Assembly: GCA_900771425.1 (NCBI GenBank)
Contig: CAAGNV010000032.1
Span: forward strand, 882 to 64,881
DNA length: 64,000 nucleotides
From: Bacteroidaceae bacterium
Lineage (GTDB): Bacteria; Bacteroidota; Bacteroidia; Bacteroidales; Bacteroidaceae
Direction of reading: 5' to 3'
The position numbers were made by a program, and so were the translations under genes. The notes under the pieces were generated by a model that was given only the letters and a program-made list of their open reading frames with translations, had not been told where the DNA came from and made no database searches. Below, piece after piece: positions 1 through 10,304 of the stretch (positions within the stretch are counted from its first letter, which is position 1; every line of letters starts with the position of its first letter).

Positions 1-1428
1 CTTTCAACTGCAGCATTCAATGCATTCCTGAAAACGCTTGAGGAACCGCCTCACTATGTGATATTCATTCTTGCTACCACGGAGAAGCATAAGTTGTTGC
101 CGACTATTCTCAGTCGATGCCAGATTTATGACTTCAACCGTATGAATGTGCAAGACATCGTAAATCACCTTAAGGGAGTAGCGGCAAATGAAGGTATTCA
201 GGCAGAAGATGCAGCGCTCAACGTCATTGCAGAGAAAGCTGATGGCGGTATGCGTGACGCACTGTCTATATTCGACCAGGTGGCAGCGTTCTGCAACGGT
301 AACATAACATATCAGCAGACAATAAAGAACCTGAATGTCCTCGACTATGATTATTATTTCAAACTTGTAGATTACTTCTTGGGGGGAGACATTCCCAAAG
401 TTATGACTACGTTCAACGACATTCTGAACAAGGGGTTCGAAGCAAGTCATTTCGTAGGTGGTCTCAATAATCATTTTCGTAACTTGCTGATGAGTAGGGA
501 TACACAGACGCTACCCCTCATCGAAGCGAGTGATGAAGTACGCCGCAAATATGGTGAACAGGCACAACGATGCAAGCCGCAGTTCCTGTATGCTGCAATA
601 CGTAGATGTACCGATTGTGACATAAACTACAAAGTAAGTCAAAACCGACGCCTGCTCGTTGAAATCACACTCATCGAGATAGCACAGATGGCTACCGAAG
701 AAATCCCTTATTCCGGGCGTAGCCCTAAGGCGAAGATAATACTAAAACAGATATTTAAGCGTGCCGGTCAAACAACCGGTAACGCTCCGACAGGTGCAAA
801 TAACGCACGACAAACAGTACAGCCAACTGCGCAACCGCAGTCTGCATTGGCTCCGTCATCGGTTCCTCAAGGTGTACCGAACGCAGCAATTAACCAAGAA
901 TCGGCATCTCCGATTGCAGCGTTTACTCCTAAACAGAATACTCAACATACATCGCGTGTACAGAGCTTCTCAATAAAAGAATTTCAAGAGACGCAAAAGA
1001 CACAGGTAAATCCGTATATTGCCGATAGCAACCAAGACGAAACCCAGAGGACGGATATAACAGACAAACCAGTGGATCCCATGGAACTTGCATCGCTATG
1101 GCGACAGTATGCAGCCCAACTTCCAAGGGAACAATCGGTCATCGCAGATAGGATGGGACAGTTTATGCCGTCACTAGTCGAAGGAACTAAATACGAAGTG
1201 GTGGTGGAAAACGAAATGATTGTAGAAAGCATCAGAAAAGTATTGTCGCAAGTCGTCCCGTATATGCGTAGCAGTCTTTCAAATAATTCGCTGAATATTG
1301 AAGTCCGTGCACGCAAGTTCGATGCCGATGCACCACTGCTTACTCGTATAGAACAGTTTGCAAAAATGAAGGAAAGTAACCCTGCCTTCAAAAAACTTGC
1401 AGAAGAATTGATACTTGACCTACTTTAA
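1..1428 (+). CDS. dnaX: DNA polymerase III subunit gamma/tau, 5'-truncated by window edge
   Basis: Frame 1 is open from nt 1. NAFLKTLEEPPHYVIFILATTEKHKLLPTILSRCQ is the clamp-loader sensor/SRC region. A Q/P/T-rich linker and C-terminal domain follow. Confidence 0.9.
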   Translation, partial: LSTAAFNAFLKTLEEPPHYVIFILATTEKHKLLPTILSRCQIYDFNRMNVQDIVNHLKGVAANEGIQAEDAALNVIAEKADGGMRDALSIFDQVAAFCNGNITYQQTIKNLNVLDYDYYFKLVDYFLGGDIPKVMTTFNDILNKGFEASHFVGGLNNHFRNLLMSRDTQTLPLIEASDEVRRKYGEQAQRCKPQFLYAAIRRCTDCDINYKVSQNRRLLVEITLIEIAQMATEEIPYSGRSPKAKIILKQIFKRAGQTTGNAPTGANNARQTVQPTAQPQSALAPSSVPQGVPNAAINQESASPIAAFTPKQNTQHTSRVQSFSIKEFQETQKTQVNPYIADSNQDETQRTDITDKPVDPMELASLWRQYAAQLPREQSVIADRMGQFMPSLVEGTKYEVVVENEMIVESIRKVLSQVVPYMRSSLSNNSLNIEVRARKFDADAPLLTRIEQFAKMKESNPAFKKLAEELILDLL

Positions 1429-1452
1429 TTTGGAAGATATAAAATAAATTAT

Positions 1453-1460
1453 TACCTTTG
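1453..1460 (+). promoter_or_regulatory. Bacteroidetes-type -7 promoter box TACCTTTG
   Basis: Matches TAnnTTTG about 50 nt upstream of the ATG at 1510. Confidence 0.5.
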
Positions 1461-1509
1461 CACGAAATAATAATATAGTATTTCATTCAAGATCTGTGTC
1501 ACAGAGAAA

Positions 1510-1800
1510 ATGGGAAAACTTGTCAAGCACATATTTCTGAAATATAGGTACATCATCGTGGCCGTCATATTTCTGCTCATCATCAGTTTCGTTGGTGACC
1601 ATTCGCTCGTGAACAGGGTAAAGCAAAAACAAGAAATAGCAAGTCTGAAAGAACAGATACGAGAGCAAGTCGAGCAATACAATACCGACAAGCAACAACT
1701 CGAACAATTGAAAACAGATCCTGAAGCTGTGAAGCGCATCGCCCACGAAAAGTATTATATGAAGACTGAAAACGAAGATATTTTCGTAATAGAAGACTGA
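1510..1800 (+). CDS. septum formation initiator family protein (FtsB/DivIC-like)
   Basis: 96 aa with an N-terminal TM helix followed by a coiled-coil (KQKQEIASLKEQIREQVEQYNTDKQQLEQLK) and the ending EKYYMKTENEDIFVIED typical of this family. Confidence 0.6.
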   Translation: MGKLVKHIFLKYRYIIVAVIFLLIISFVGDHSLVNRVKQKQEIASLKEQIREQVEQYNTDKQQLEQLKTDPEAVKRIAHEKYYMKTENEDIFVIED

Positions 1801-1802
1801 AC

Positions 1803-2216
1803 ATGAATAAATCACAACTCATTGAATGGGTGACAATCTCGGGAGAGATATTGATTGTAATAAGTGCCGCATTATGGATAACTGGCTGGGAACCTGTAAA
1901 GTTTACATTCGCAATCGGTACACTCGCATTTGCAACCGGACGGCTCATGATACCGCATGACAACAGTAGCGTCACTCTTAAAAGATTGTACACACAACAG
2001 AATATAGGTGCAATATTCGCAATAATATCTGCATTACTTATGTTCTTTTATGATAAACTTGATGGATTGGAACTGTCGGATTATGTAGTTCATTCTACAA
2101 AATCTGCGTGGCTTTTGCCATTTGTCATATTTGTCGTACTGGAAGTTTACACCACATTTCGTATTCCAAGCGTGTTAAAAAAAGAACAAGGACCAGAACT
2201 CAAGGTCAGAAAGTAG
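1803..2216 (+). CDS. hypothetical small membrane protein (about 4 TM)
   Basis: 137-aa ORF starting 3 nt after the previous stop. It has several hydrophobic segments and no motif I recognise. Confidence 0.5.
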   Translation: MNKSQLIEWVTISGEILIVISAALWITGWEPVKFTFAIGTLAFATGRLMIPHDNSSVTLKRLYTQQNIGAIFAIISALLMFFYDKLDGLELSDYVVHSTKSAWLLPFVIFVVLEVYTTFRIPSVLKKEQGPELKVRK

Positions 2217-2255
2217 GTTAAAAATAAATCAAACAACATAACATCACAAGCATCA

Positions 2256-3593
2256 ATGGCACTCTCAAACCTCACAGCCGTGTCACCTATCGACGGTCGT
2301 TACGGCAACAAAACACAAGTATTATCCAATTATTTTTCTGAATACGCGCTGATTCGTTACCGCGTAAGAGTAGAAATTGAATACTTCATAGCACTCAATA
2401 AGTTTCTTGGAACATTCGACGTTGAAAGTGTAGAAGATACATTACGCGACATATACCGCAAATTCACTGAAGAAGACGCTCAACAAGTTAAAGACATCGA
2501 ACAAGTAACAAACCACGACGTCAAGGCTGTAGAATATTTCATAAAGGAGAAGTTTGACAAGATTGGCGGACTCGACGAATATAAGGAATTCATACATTTC
2601 GGACTTACCAGCCAGGACATAAACAATACAAGTGTTCCGCTTTCTATCAAGGATGCACTCAACGAAGTGTATTACCCGATGCTGCAGGAACTGATTGACC
2701 AACTCAGTGACTTTGCAGAAGAATGGAAAGACATCCCAATGCTTGCCAAAACTCACGGTCAGCCGGCATCACCTACTCGCCTTGGCAAGGAAATCATGGT
2801 ATATGTATATCGTCTTAACGAGCAACTCATCTCAATCAACTCATGTCCAATCACTGCCAAGTTCGGAGGCGCTACAGGTAATTTCAATGCTCACCACATC
2901 GCATATCCTGAAGTTGACTGGAAGGCATTCGGCAATACCTTCGTCAAGGACAATCTCGGACTAAAACGTGAACAATGGACCACACAGATAAGCAACTACG
3001 ACAATCTTGCTGCAGTGTTCGATGCAATGGCACGCATCAATACCATACTCATTGACCTTGACCGCGACTTCTGGATGTATGTATCAATGGAATACTTCAA
3101 ACAGAAAATTAAGGCAGGTGAAGTTGGTTCAAGCGCAATGCCTCACAAGGTAAACCCTATCGACTTTGAAAACTCTGAAGGCAATCTCGGCATTGCCAAC
3201 GCAATACTTCAACACTTGGCAACAAAACTCCCTGTTTCACGTTTACAGCGTGACCTTACAGACTCTACGGTACTCCGTAACGTAGGAGTCCCTATGGGTC
3301 ACATGATCATCGCATTACAGAGCACACTGAAAGGACTTCGTAAATTGCTTCTCAACGAAAACGCAATCAACCGTGATCTTGACGGATGCTGGGCAGTATG
3401 TGCCGAAGGCATTCAAACAATATTACGCCGTGAAGCATATCCACATCCGTACGAAGCACTTAAAGCACTTACACGAACCAACTCGGTAATCACTGAAAAG
3501 AGCATTCATGAGTTTATAGAAGGACTGGATGTAAGTGAATCTGTCAAAGAGGAACTCCGTGCCATCACTCCTCATACATATGTCGGAATGTAA
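2256..3593 (+). CDS. purB: adenylosuccinate lyase
   Basis: 445 aa with SPIDGRYGNKT at the N-terminus, GLTSQDINNT, and the fumarate-lyase signature GSSAMPHKVNP. Confidence 0.93.
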   Translation: MALSNLTAVSPIDGRYGNKTQVLSNYFSEYALIRYRVRVEIEYFIALNKFLGTFDVESVEDTLRDIYRKFTEEDAQQVKDIEQVTNHDVKAVEYFIKEKFDKIGGLDEYKEFIHFGLTSQDINNTSVPLSIKDALNEVYYPMLQELIDQLSDFAEEWKDIPMLAKTHGQPASPTRLGKEIMVYVYRLNEQLISINSCPITAKFGGATGNFNAHHIAYPEVDWKAFGNTFVKDNLGLKREQWTTQISNYDNLAAVFDAMARINTILIDLDRDFWMYVSMEYFKQKIKAGEVGSSAMPHKVNPIDFENSEGNLGIANAILQHLATKLPVSRLQRDLTDSTVLRNVGVPMGHMIIALQSTLKGLRKLLLNENAINRDLDGCWAVCAEGIQTILRREAYPHPYEALKALTRTNSVITEKSIHEFIEGLDVSESVKEELRAITPHTYVGM

Positions 3594-3679
3594 CGAATGA
3601 TAGTCATTGCTTATGACACTCAATAATTTATGTGAATAAATAATAAAAGTAAATCAAACATTTTTTAATTTAGCATTTT

Positions 3680-4996
3680 ATGGAAAACGAGAATTGGCAA
3701 CAATTTAATGCCAGTGAGAAACGCCCTCGCCAGCGTTTCAACAGAGCAGAACGTGCTTATAGCGCAAATGGAAATCAAGGTGAACGCGCTTTCCGTCCTC
3801 AAGGATTTGACGACAACAACAATGGCAACGAACGCTCACAAGGTGGTTATAGCCGCGAAGGTTACGGCCGTCAGCAAGGTAGTTACCAACAGCGTGGCGG
3901 TTATGGTCAGCAAGGTGGCTACGGTAACAATCGCGGTGGTGGTTATGGCAATAACCGTGGCGGCTACGGTCAGCAAGGTGGTTACCAGCGCAACGAAGGT
4001 GGTTACCAGCAACGTGGGGATGGTGGCTACGGCAACAATCGCGGCGGCGGTTACGGCAACAATCGCGGCGGTTACGGTCAGCAAGGTGGCTATGGTAACA
4101 ATCGCGGCGGTGGCTACGGCAACAACCGTGGTGGTGGCTACGGTCAGCAGGGTGGTGGCTATGGTAACAACCGTGGCGGTGGATACCAGAAGCGCCAGCG
4201 TACTAATGACTACAACCCTAACGCAAAATATAGCTTAAAGAAGCAAATAGAATATCAGGAGATGAATGTCGATCCAAACGCTCCACTTCGCCTTAACAAG
4301 TTCCTTGCCAATGCAGGAGTTTGTTCTCGTCGTGAGGCCGATCAGTTCATTCAGGCTGGTGTCGTACGTGTAAACGGGGAAGTCGTTACAGAACTTGGTG
4401 TAAAAGTTATGCGTACTGACGAAGTCCACTTCCACGATCAGCTCGTAAGCCTTGAAAAGAAGGTTTACGTGATACTGAACAAACCAAAGGATTACGTTAC
4501 TACAAGCGATGACCCTCAGGCTCGCAAGACTGTCATGGATCTTGTAAAGAACTGTTGCCGTGAACGCATTTATCCTGTTGGCCGTCTTGACCGCAACACA
4601 ACAGGTGTACTGCTCTTTACAAACGACGGAGAGTTGGCTTCAAAACTGACTCATCCTAAGTTCCTCAAGAAGAAGATTTATCACGTAACACTCGATAAGA
4701 ACTGTGCTTCAAGTGACTTGCAGAGAATTGCAGAAGGCATAACACTCGACGATGGCCCTGTTCATGCAGATGCAATCAGCTTCGCAAGCGATACAGACCG
4801 CAAGCAAGTTGGCATCGAGATTCACTCAGGCAAGAACCGTATAGTACGCCGTATATTTGAATCTCTTGGTTATCGTGTCATCAAACTCGACCGCGTACTC
4901 TTTGCCGGACTTACCAAGAAGGGCTTGAAGCGTGGTGACTGGCGTTTCCTCACACAGCAGGAAGTGGCCATGCTCTACATGAATACTCAAGAGTAA
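3680..4996 (+). CDS. rluB: RluB-type (RsuA/RluB/E/F family) pseudouridine synthase with an N-terminal Gly/Arg/Tyr repeat extension
   Basis: S4 domain [30 protein letters not shown] and catalytic motif [19 protein letters not shown]. The N-terminal ~170 aa are low-complexity. Confidence 0.85.
   Translation: MENENWQQFNASEKRPRQRFNRAERAYSANGNQGERAFRPQGFDDNNNGNERSQGGYSREGYGRQQGSYQQRGGYGQQGGYGNNRGGGYGNNRGGYGQQGGYQRNEGGYQQRGDGGYGNNRGGGYGNNRGGYGQQGGYGNNRGGGYGNNRGGGYGQQGGGYGNNRGGGYQKRQRTNDYNPNAKYSLKKQIEYQEMNVDPNAPLRLNKFLANAGVCSRREADQFIQAGVVRVNGEVVTELGVKVMRTDEVHFHDQLVSLEKKVYVILNKPKDYVTTSDDPQARKTVMDLVKNCCRERIYPVGRLDRNTTGVLLFTNDGELASKLTHPKFLKKKIYHVTLDKNCASSDLQRIAEGITLDDGPVHADAISFASDTDRKQVGIEIHSGKNRIVRRIFESLGYRVIKLDRVLFAGLTKKGLKRGDWRFLTQQEVAMLYMNTQE
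3839..4189 (+). repeat. imperfect in-frame tandem repeat encoding 7x YGNNRGG / GYGQQGG
   Basis: Direct reading of codons 54-170 of the rluB-like ORF. Two alternative-frame ORFs across it are artefacts of the repeat. Confidence 0.85.
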
Positions 4997-5019
4997 TAAC
5001 GAATGAATACTAAAAAATA

Positions 5020-6423
5020 ATGGAAAAAATACGTAGAACAAAAATCGTTGACTTGTTGAAGCGTGAAGATTACGGCTCACAGGTCTGCGTGAAAGGTTGG
5101 GTACGCACAAAGCGTGGCTCAAAGTCTGTTAACTTCATTGCGCTTAACGATGGTTCAACCATAAAGAACGTACAGGTAGTTGCCGATGTCGAAAAGTTCG
5201 ACCCGGAAATGATGAAACTTATCACAACCGGTGCATGTCTTAGTGTTGTCGGCGAGATGGTTCAAAGTATCGGCTCTGGTCAGAACGTGGAAGTACAAGC
5301 AACCGACATCGTTGTGCTCGGCGAATGTCCAGCTGACTATCCTATGCAGAAGAAGGGACAGACAATGGAATATATGCGCCAGTATGCTCACATGCGTATC
5401 CGTACCAATACGTTTGGTGCAGTATTCCGCATTCGTCACAACATGGCGATTGCTATCCATAAGTTCTTCCATGATAAAGGATTCTATTATTTCCACACAC
5501 CTCTCATCACTGCAAGCGACTGTGAAGGTGCAGGCGAGATGTTCCAGGTAACAACGAAGAACCTCTACGATCTGAAGAAAGACGAGAACGGTCAGATTAT
5601 ATATACTGATGACTTCTTTGGCAAGATGACATCGCTCACCGTCAGTGGTCAGCTTGAAGGCGAACTTGGTGCAACAGGACTTGGGCAGATTTACACATTC
5701 GGCCCTACATTCCGTGCCGAGAACAGCAACACACCTCGTCACTTGGCTGAGTTTTGGATGATTGAACCAGAAGTATGCTTCATTGACCTTCCTGATCTCA
5801 TGGATCTTGAGGAAGAGTTCATCAAGTATTGCGTACAATGGGCACTCGACAACTGCCAGGATGACCTTGAATTCCTGAATAAGATGATTGACAACGGACT
5901 TATCGAACGCTTGAAGAGTGTTGTCAATACAGAATTCGTTCGTCTGCCTTATACGAAGGGTATTGAAATCCTTGAAGAGGCTGCAAAGAACGGAAAGAAG
6001 TTTGAATTCCCTGTTTCATGGGGCTGCGACCTTGCCAGCGAGCACGAACGCTATCTCGTAGAAGAGCATTTCAAGAAGCCTGTCATCATGATTGACTATC
6101 CAAAGGACATCAAGGCATTCTACATGAAGCAGAACGAAGACGGCAAGACTGTTCAGGGTACAGACGTCCTCTTCCCGCAGATTGGTGAAATCATTGGTGG
6201 TAGTGTTCGTGAAGAAAGCTACGACAAACTGATGAAGCGTATTGATGAAATGAATATTCCGATGAAGGACATGTGGTGGTATCTTGATACTCGCAAATAC
6301 GGCAGTTGCCCTCATGGTGGTTTCGGTCTTGGATTTGAGCGCCTCATCCTGTTCGTCACTGGTATGCAGAACATACGTGATGTCATTCCGTTCCCACGTA
6401 CGCCAAAGACAGCAGAATTCTAA
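5020..6423 (+). CDS. asnS: asparagine--tRNA ligase
   Basis: 467 aa with an OB-fold N-terminus and class II motifs ([31 protein letters not shown]). Confidence 0.93.
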   Translation: MEKIRRTKIVDLLKREDYGSQVCVKGWVRTKRGSKSVNFIALNDGSTIKNVQVVADVEKFDPEMMKLITTGACLSVVGEMVQSIGSGQNVEVQATDIVVLGECPADYPMQKKGQTMEYMRQYAHMRIRTNTFGAVFRIRHNMAIAIHKFFHDKGFYYFHTPLITASDCEGAGEMFQVTTKNLYDLKKDENGQIIYTDDFFGKMTSLTVSGQLEGELGATGLGQIYTFGPTFRAENSNTPRHLAEFWMIEPEVCFIDLPDLMDLEEEFIKYCVQWALDNCQDDLEFLNKMIDNGLIERLKSVVNTEFVRLPYTKGIEILEEAAKNGKKFEFPVSWGCDLASEHERYLVEEHFKKPVIMIDYPKDIKAFYMKQNEDGKTVQGTDVLFPQIGEIIGGSVREESYDKLMKRIDEMNIPMKDMWWYLDTRKYGSCPHGGFGLGFERLILFVTGMQNIRDVIPFPRTPKTAEF

Positions 6424-6453
6424 ATATCTTTAAATTTAGACTACTTTACAAAT

Positions 6454-6495
6454 AGCCTCTCCCGATGCATAAGTGCGGGAGAGGCTTTATTGTTT
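6454..6495 (+). terminator. rho-independent terminator after asnS
   Basis: Perfect 11-bp stem AGCCTCTCCCG/CGGGAGAGGCT followed by TTATTGTTTCT. Confidence 0.8.
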
Positions 6496-6581
6496 CTCTA
6501 CGTGATGAATTAGTGTGAAAATATCAACAACTTATCTGTTAAAAATAAACGAAAGTGTTTGGTCGTTACAAAATTTGTTCG

Positions 6582-6589
6582 TATCTTTG
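6582..6589 (+). promoter_or_regulatory. -7 promoter box TATCTTTG
   Basis: TAnnTTTG match about 85 nt upstream of the ATG at 6673. Confidence 0.45.
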
Positions 6590-6672
6590 TGGTCGATAAT
6601 CAATCAAAATATGCCTTAAGTGGCAATGTTTACCAAAAAAGAATTAAAATAGACAAATATATTCATACGTAT

Positions 6673-9600
6673 ATGATTAAGAAACTGACTATTACGTTTG
6701 CGATGGCATCAGTAGCTATGATGCTCACGGCTCAACCTGCAGCTTTTTGGAATGATTCACGTAGAAACAACGACAACCGTGAAGAGTGTCGTTCTGACTA
6801 TTTTGCGTACGAGAACCAGTACTTTGCTGAGACCTTTGATAAGGCCAAGTCTTCACGCTTCATCAGCATGGAAGGCGAGTGGAAGTTCAACTGGGTTAAG
6901 AATGCAGATCAGCGTCCTGCTGGTTTCTATACTCTCGATTACAACGATAAGAACTGGGATGCTATGCAAGTTCCTGGTATTTGGGAAATGTATGGCTATG
7001 GCGATGCCATCTATGTCAATACTTCATACGCATGGCGTAATGACTGGAAGACAAATCCTCCTTTCGTAAAGGATCTCAACAATCACGTAGGTTCGTATCG
7101 CCGTTGGTTTGACGTGCCGGCCGATTGGAATGGCGAAAAGGTTTATGTCCATATAGGTTCTGCTACCAGCAACCTTACTCTTTACGTCAACGGACAATAC
7201 GTTGGTTATAGTGAAGATTCAAAGACCGCAGCAGAATTTGAGATTAGCAAGTATTTGAAACCAGGCAGTAAGAACCTCATAGCAATGCAGATTATGCGTT
7301 GGTGTGATGGTAGTTATCTTGAAGACCAAGATTTCTGGCGCCTTTGTGGTATTGCCCGTGAATGCTATATGTATGCTCGTCCTGAAAACCACGTAAAGGA
7401 CGTATTCATTACACCTGATCTTACTCCTGACTATCGCGATGGTATGCTTACTGTCAAGACTTCATTGGCAGCAAGTGGTCGTACACAGAAAATCAGCAAA
7501 CTTGTATTTCAACTAAAGGACATGAACGGTGTGACAGTTCGTGAAACTTCTTCAGATGTATTCGGTACTGACGTTCAGACTCTCATCACACTTACAGACT
7601 GCAACAAATGGACTGCTGAAACTCCATATCTCTATCGCCTTTATGTTTTGGCATACAGCGGTGACCAGCTTGTAGAAGTAATCCCTCAGAAGGTAGGTTT
7701 CCGTAAGATTGAAATCAAGCATAAGCAACTTCTAGTCAACGGCCAGCCTGTGCTTATTAAAGGTGTTGACCGTCATGAGATGGATCCAGATAAGGGATAT
7801 GTCGTAAGTTACGAGCGCATGCTTCAGGATATCACAATGTTGAAAAAACTCAATATGAATGCAGTTCGTACTTGTCACTATCCAGATGATCCACGTTGGT
7901 ATGACCTTTGCGACCAATACGGCATCTACATGACAAGTGAGTCAAACCTTGAAAGTCACGGAATGGGTTATGGCGAAGGTACGTTAGCACGCCGTGAAGA
8001 TTATCACGATGCACACATGGAACGCCAGTACAACCACATGAAGACATACAAGAATCACCCAGCCATCATCGTTTGGTCACTTGGAAATGAAGCCGGTTAT
8101 GGTAAGAACTTCGAGGATGCTTACGATTGGGTAAAGCAATATGACCCTTCTCGTCCTTGCCAGTACGAACAAGCTGGTCAGACCGGCAAGACCGATATAT
8201 TCTGCCCAATGTACTATGGTTATGAAGGATGCGAAGCTTATGCACAGAATGACAACCCACGTCCGCTCATTCAGTGTGAATACGCACATGCTATGGGTAA
8301 CTCTATTGGTGGTTTCAAGGAGTATTGGGACATCGTACGCAAATATCCTGCATACCAAGGTGGATATATTTGGGACTTCATTGACCAGGGACTTCATAGC
8401 ACAAGCAAAGTTACAGGCAAGATGATTTATGCTTATGGCGGTGACTTCGGCCGTTATCCTGCATCAGACAATAACTTCAACTGTAATGGTGTCATTAACC
8501 CAGATCGTATTCCTAATCCACATGCTTACGAGGTTCAGTATTATTATCAGAACATCTGGTCGAAACTGATTGACAAGAAGACTGGTAAGGTCGAAATATA
8601 TAATGAGAACTTCTTCACTCCAATTCAAGGCGTAGCACTTTACTACGATGTTCAGGTAGAAGGCGTGAGTGTTGACGGAGGTGTTATTGATGTGACTGCA
8701 CTTGGTATCAAACCGCTCGGCCGCAAGACTGTAAAGATTAAGGCTATTGCTGATGCCGTGGCTAACAAGACATATTCAGGCAAGGAAATAGTATGCAACC
8801 TCAGTTATAACCTCGTCAATGGTTTCAATAATCAGATAAACCAGTATGCACTGCTTCAGGCTGGTGACCAGATTGCACATGAACAGTTTGTTCTTACACC
8901 TTATAAATATATAAACATCGACAATGTTGTCAATGCAAAGGCTGATAATAAAGTTCAGATTGAAGACCACGAAGTATATATTCTCCTCACGGCAGGTAAC
9001 ATTCAGGTAACATTTACCAAGCATAACGGACGTCTTGCCCACCTTGACGTCGATGGTATTGAAATGATGCAGGAAGGTTACGAACTTCGTCCTGACTTCT
9101 GGCGTGCACCTACCGATAACGACTTCGGTGCAGGCATGCAGCGTTCACTCCGCGCATGGAAGAACCCACAGATGCGTCTTACTTCATTCGACTATAAGCC
9201 ATCAGGCAGCAACTATGTCGTTACTGCTAACTATGAGTTCAGCATCATGCCAAACCAGCCACGTGGCCGCCGTCCACAGCAGGGCGAACAGGCAATGCCA
9301 CAGCCTCAGACTATAAAACTTGCTATGACTTATACTGTCACAGCAGAAGGTAAGGTCGTTGTAAGTGAAGACATGCAAGTGCCAGAAGAGGCAAAGAACA
9401 TGCCGCAGCTTCTCCGCTATGGTATGGAGATGCAGATGCCTCAGCAGTTTGACCAGATTCAATTCTATGGCAAAGGACCTCAGGAGAACTATATCGACCG
9501 TAACAACTTTGCAAACATCGGCCTCTTCAACCAGACTGTTGCAGAACAATACTACGGATATGTTCGTCCACAAGAGTCAGGCAACAAGACTCAGGTGCGC

Positions 9601-9885
9601 TACTGGAAGGTGCTCAATGCAGCAGGTCAGGGACTTATGTTCCAGTCAAACGAACCAATGGAATGCTCAACACTGAAATATACAACTGATGACCTCGACC
9701 CAGCACCAGAGAAAGCACAGTATCACTCAGGTGACCTTATCGAACGTCCGTTCAGCAGTGTACACATTGCTCAGCGTCAGATGGGTATGGGATGTGTCAA
9801 CTCATGGGGCGCATGGCCACGCAACGAGTACCAGATGCCTTGCAAGAGCCGCAAGTTCACATTTGTAATCACACCTGTGAAGTAA
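6673..9885 (+). CDS. lacZ: GH2 beta-galactosidase (LacZ-like), secreted
   Basis: Start set at MIKKLTITFAMASVAMMLTAQ (signal peptide) rather than the ORF-track start at 6559. It has WSLGNEAGYG and the LacZ nucleophile region CEYAHAMGNS. Confidence 0.9.
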   Translation: MIKKLTITFAMASVAMMLTAQPAAFWNDSRRNNDNREECRSDYFAYENQYFAETFDKAKSSRFISMEGEWKFNWVKNADQRPAGFYTLDYNDKNWDAMQVPGIWEMYGYGDAIYVNTSYAWRNDWKTNPPFVKDLNNHVGSYRRWFDVPADWNGEKVYVHIGSATSNLTLYVNGQYVGYSEDSKTAAEFEISKYLKPGSKNLIAMQIMRWCDGSYLEDQDFWRLCGIARECYMYARPENHVKDVFITPDLTPDYRDGMLTVKTSLAASGRTQKISKLVFQLKDMNGVTVRETSSDVFGTDVQTLITLTDCNKWTAETPYLYRLYVLAYSGDQLVEVIPQKVGFRKIEIKHKQLLVNGQPVLIKGVDRHEMDPDKGYVVSYERMLQDITMLKKLNMNAVRTCHYPDDPRWYDLCDQYGIYMTSESNLESHGMGYGEGTLARREDYHDAHMERQYNHMKTYKNHPAIIVWSLGNEAGYGKNFEDAYDWVKQYDPSRPCQYEQAGQTGKTDIFCPMYYGYEGCEAYAQNDNPRPLIQCEYAHAMGNSIGGFKEYWDIVRKYPAYQGGYIWDFIDQGLHSTSKVTGKMIYAYGGDFGRYPASDNNFNCNGVINPDRIPNPHAYEVQYYYQNIWSKLIDKKTGKVEIYNENFFTPIQGVALYYDVQVEGVSVDGGVIDVTALGIKPLGRKTVKIKAIADAVANKTYSGKEIVCNLSYNLVNGFNNQINQYALLQAGDQIAHEQFVLTPYKYINIDNVVNAKADNKVQIEDHEVYILLTAGNIQVTFTKHNGRLAHLDVDGIEMMQEGYELRPDFWRAPTDNDFGAGMQRSLRAWKNPQMRLTSFDYKPSGSNYVVTANYEFSIMPNQPRGRRPQQGEQAMPQPQTIKLAMTYTVTAEGKVVVSEDMQVPEEAKNMPQLLRYGMEMQMPQQFDQIQFYGKGPQENYIDRNNFANIGLFNQTVAEQYYGYVRPQESGNKTQVRYWKVLNAAGQGLMFQSNEPMECSTLKYTTDDLDPAPEKAQYHSGDLIERPFSSVHIAQRQMGMGCVNSWGAWPRNEYQMPCKSRKFTFVITPVK

Positions 9886-9970
9886 CAGAATTATAAAAGT
9901 GGAATTGATGATAATATAAGATTCAGCTGGCATTCAGGCTCCGCACACCATAACGGAGTGAATATGTTAG

Positions 9971-10009
9971 AAAAGGAACTGTATCAATGTGATACAGTTC
10001 CTTTTCTAA
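9971..10009. terminator. bidirectional hairpin terminator
   Basis: Perfect 15-bp stem AAAAGGAACTGTATC/GATACAGTTCCTTTT with A/T tracts on both sides. Confidence 0.8.
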
Positions 10010-10127
10010 TTCAACACGACGCACTCTCACGTCTTATAATATACATCTTCTCAAATGTAATATGAGTGCTGGTTGGTATCTTTTTCTAAGATTTGTTACT
10101 CGGAAATGTTTGATGGCAGCGGACGAT

Positions 10128-10250
10128 AATTCTTTTCTTCCATTAGTCTTCTTACTACTGCGACGGTGTAGTATTCCACACCGTCGCAGTAGTGTACTGC
10201 ACCGTCGTAGTAGTAAACTGCTGCGTCGATGTGGTAACTATGTTAGCAGT
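10128..10250. repeat. structured intergenic repeat, family A, copy 1 (21-nt sub-units rich in CGACGGTG / TAGTA)
   Basis: Its reverse complement aligns by hand to 47175-47285 with 70 of 84 core positions identical. It contains a perfect 16-bp hairpin, ACTACTGCGACGGTGT / ACACCGTCGCAGTAGT. Confidence 0.8.
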
Positions 10251-10304
10251 CGTGTGACAGTATCGTTCTGGCGATATTGGACTTTTGAAGTATATGCCAA
10301 TGTC

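Noticed and set aside
1-1428. Programmed -1 frameshift site in dnaX (gamma/tau)
   Set aside because: No A-AAA-AAG-type slippery heptamer with a downstream hairpin was seen in the visible part of the gene.
3708-4238. Alternative-frame ORFs (176 aa plus strand, 82 aa minus strand) across the rluB repeat
   Set aside because: These are low-complexity artefacts (V/A/T runs) of the GGY/GNNRGG-encoding tandem repeat. The frame with S4 and pseudouridine synthase motifs is clearly the real one.
5155-5838. Long antisense or out-of-frame ORFs inside well-supported genes (5155-5838 in asnS, 26355-26963, 28862-29644 in uvrB, 30561-31145, 35671-36240, 39679-40359 and 40581-41288 in the mutase gene, 45429-45983 in slyD, 63443-63967 in the GRE)
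   Set aside because: Each lies wholly within a gene with strong motif support on the other frame or strand. None has a recognisable motif. Such shadow ORFs are expected at this GC content.
6559-6672. N-terminal extensions in the ORF track (6559, 15543, 16447, 20670, 27344, 31349, 39280, 46210, 48277, 52440, 53323, 59618, 62751)
   Set aside because: In each case an internal ATG gives a canonical signal peptide, lipobox or family N-terminus and sits downstream of a -7 box. Several of the extended starts are TTG codons or overlap the promoter.
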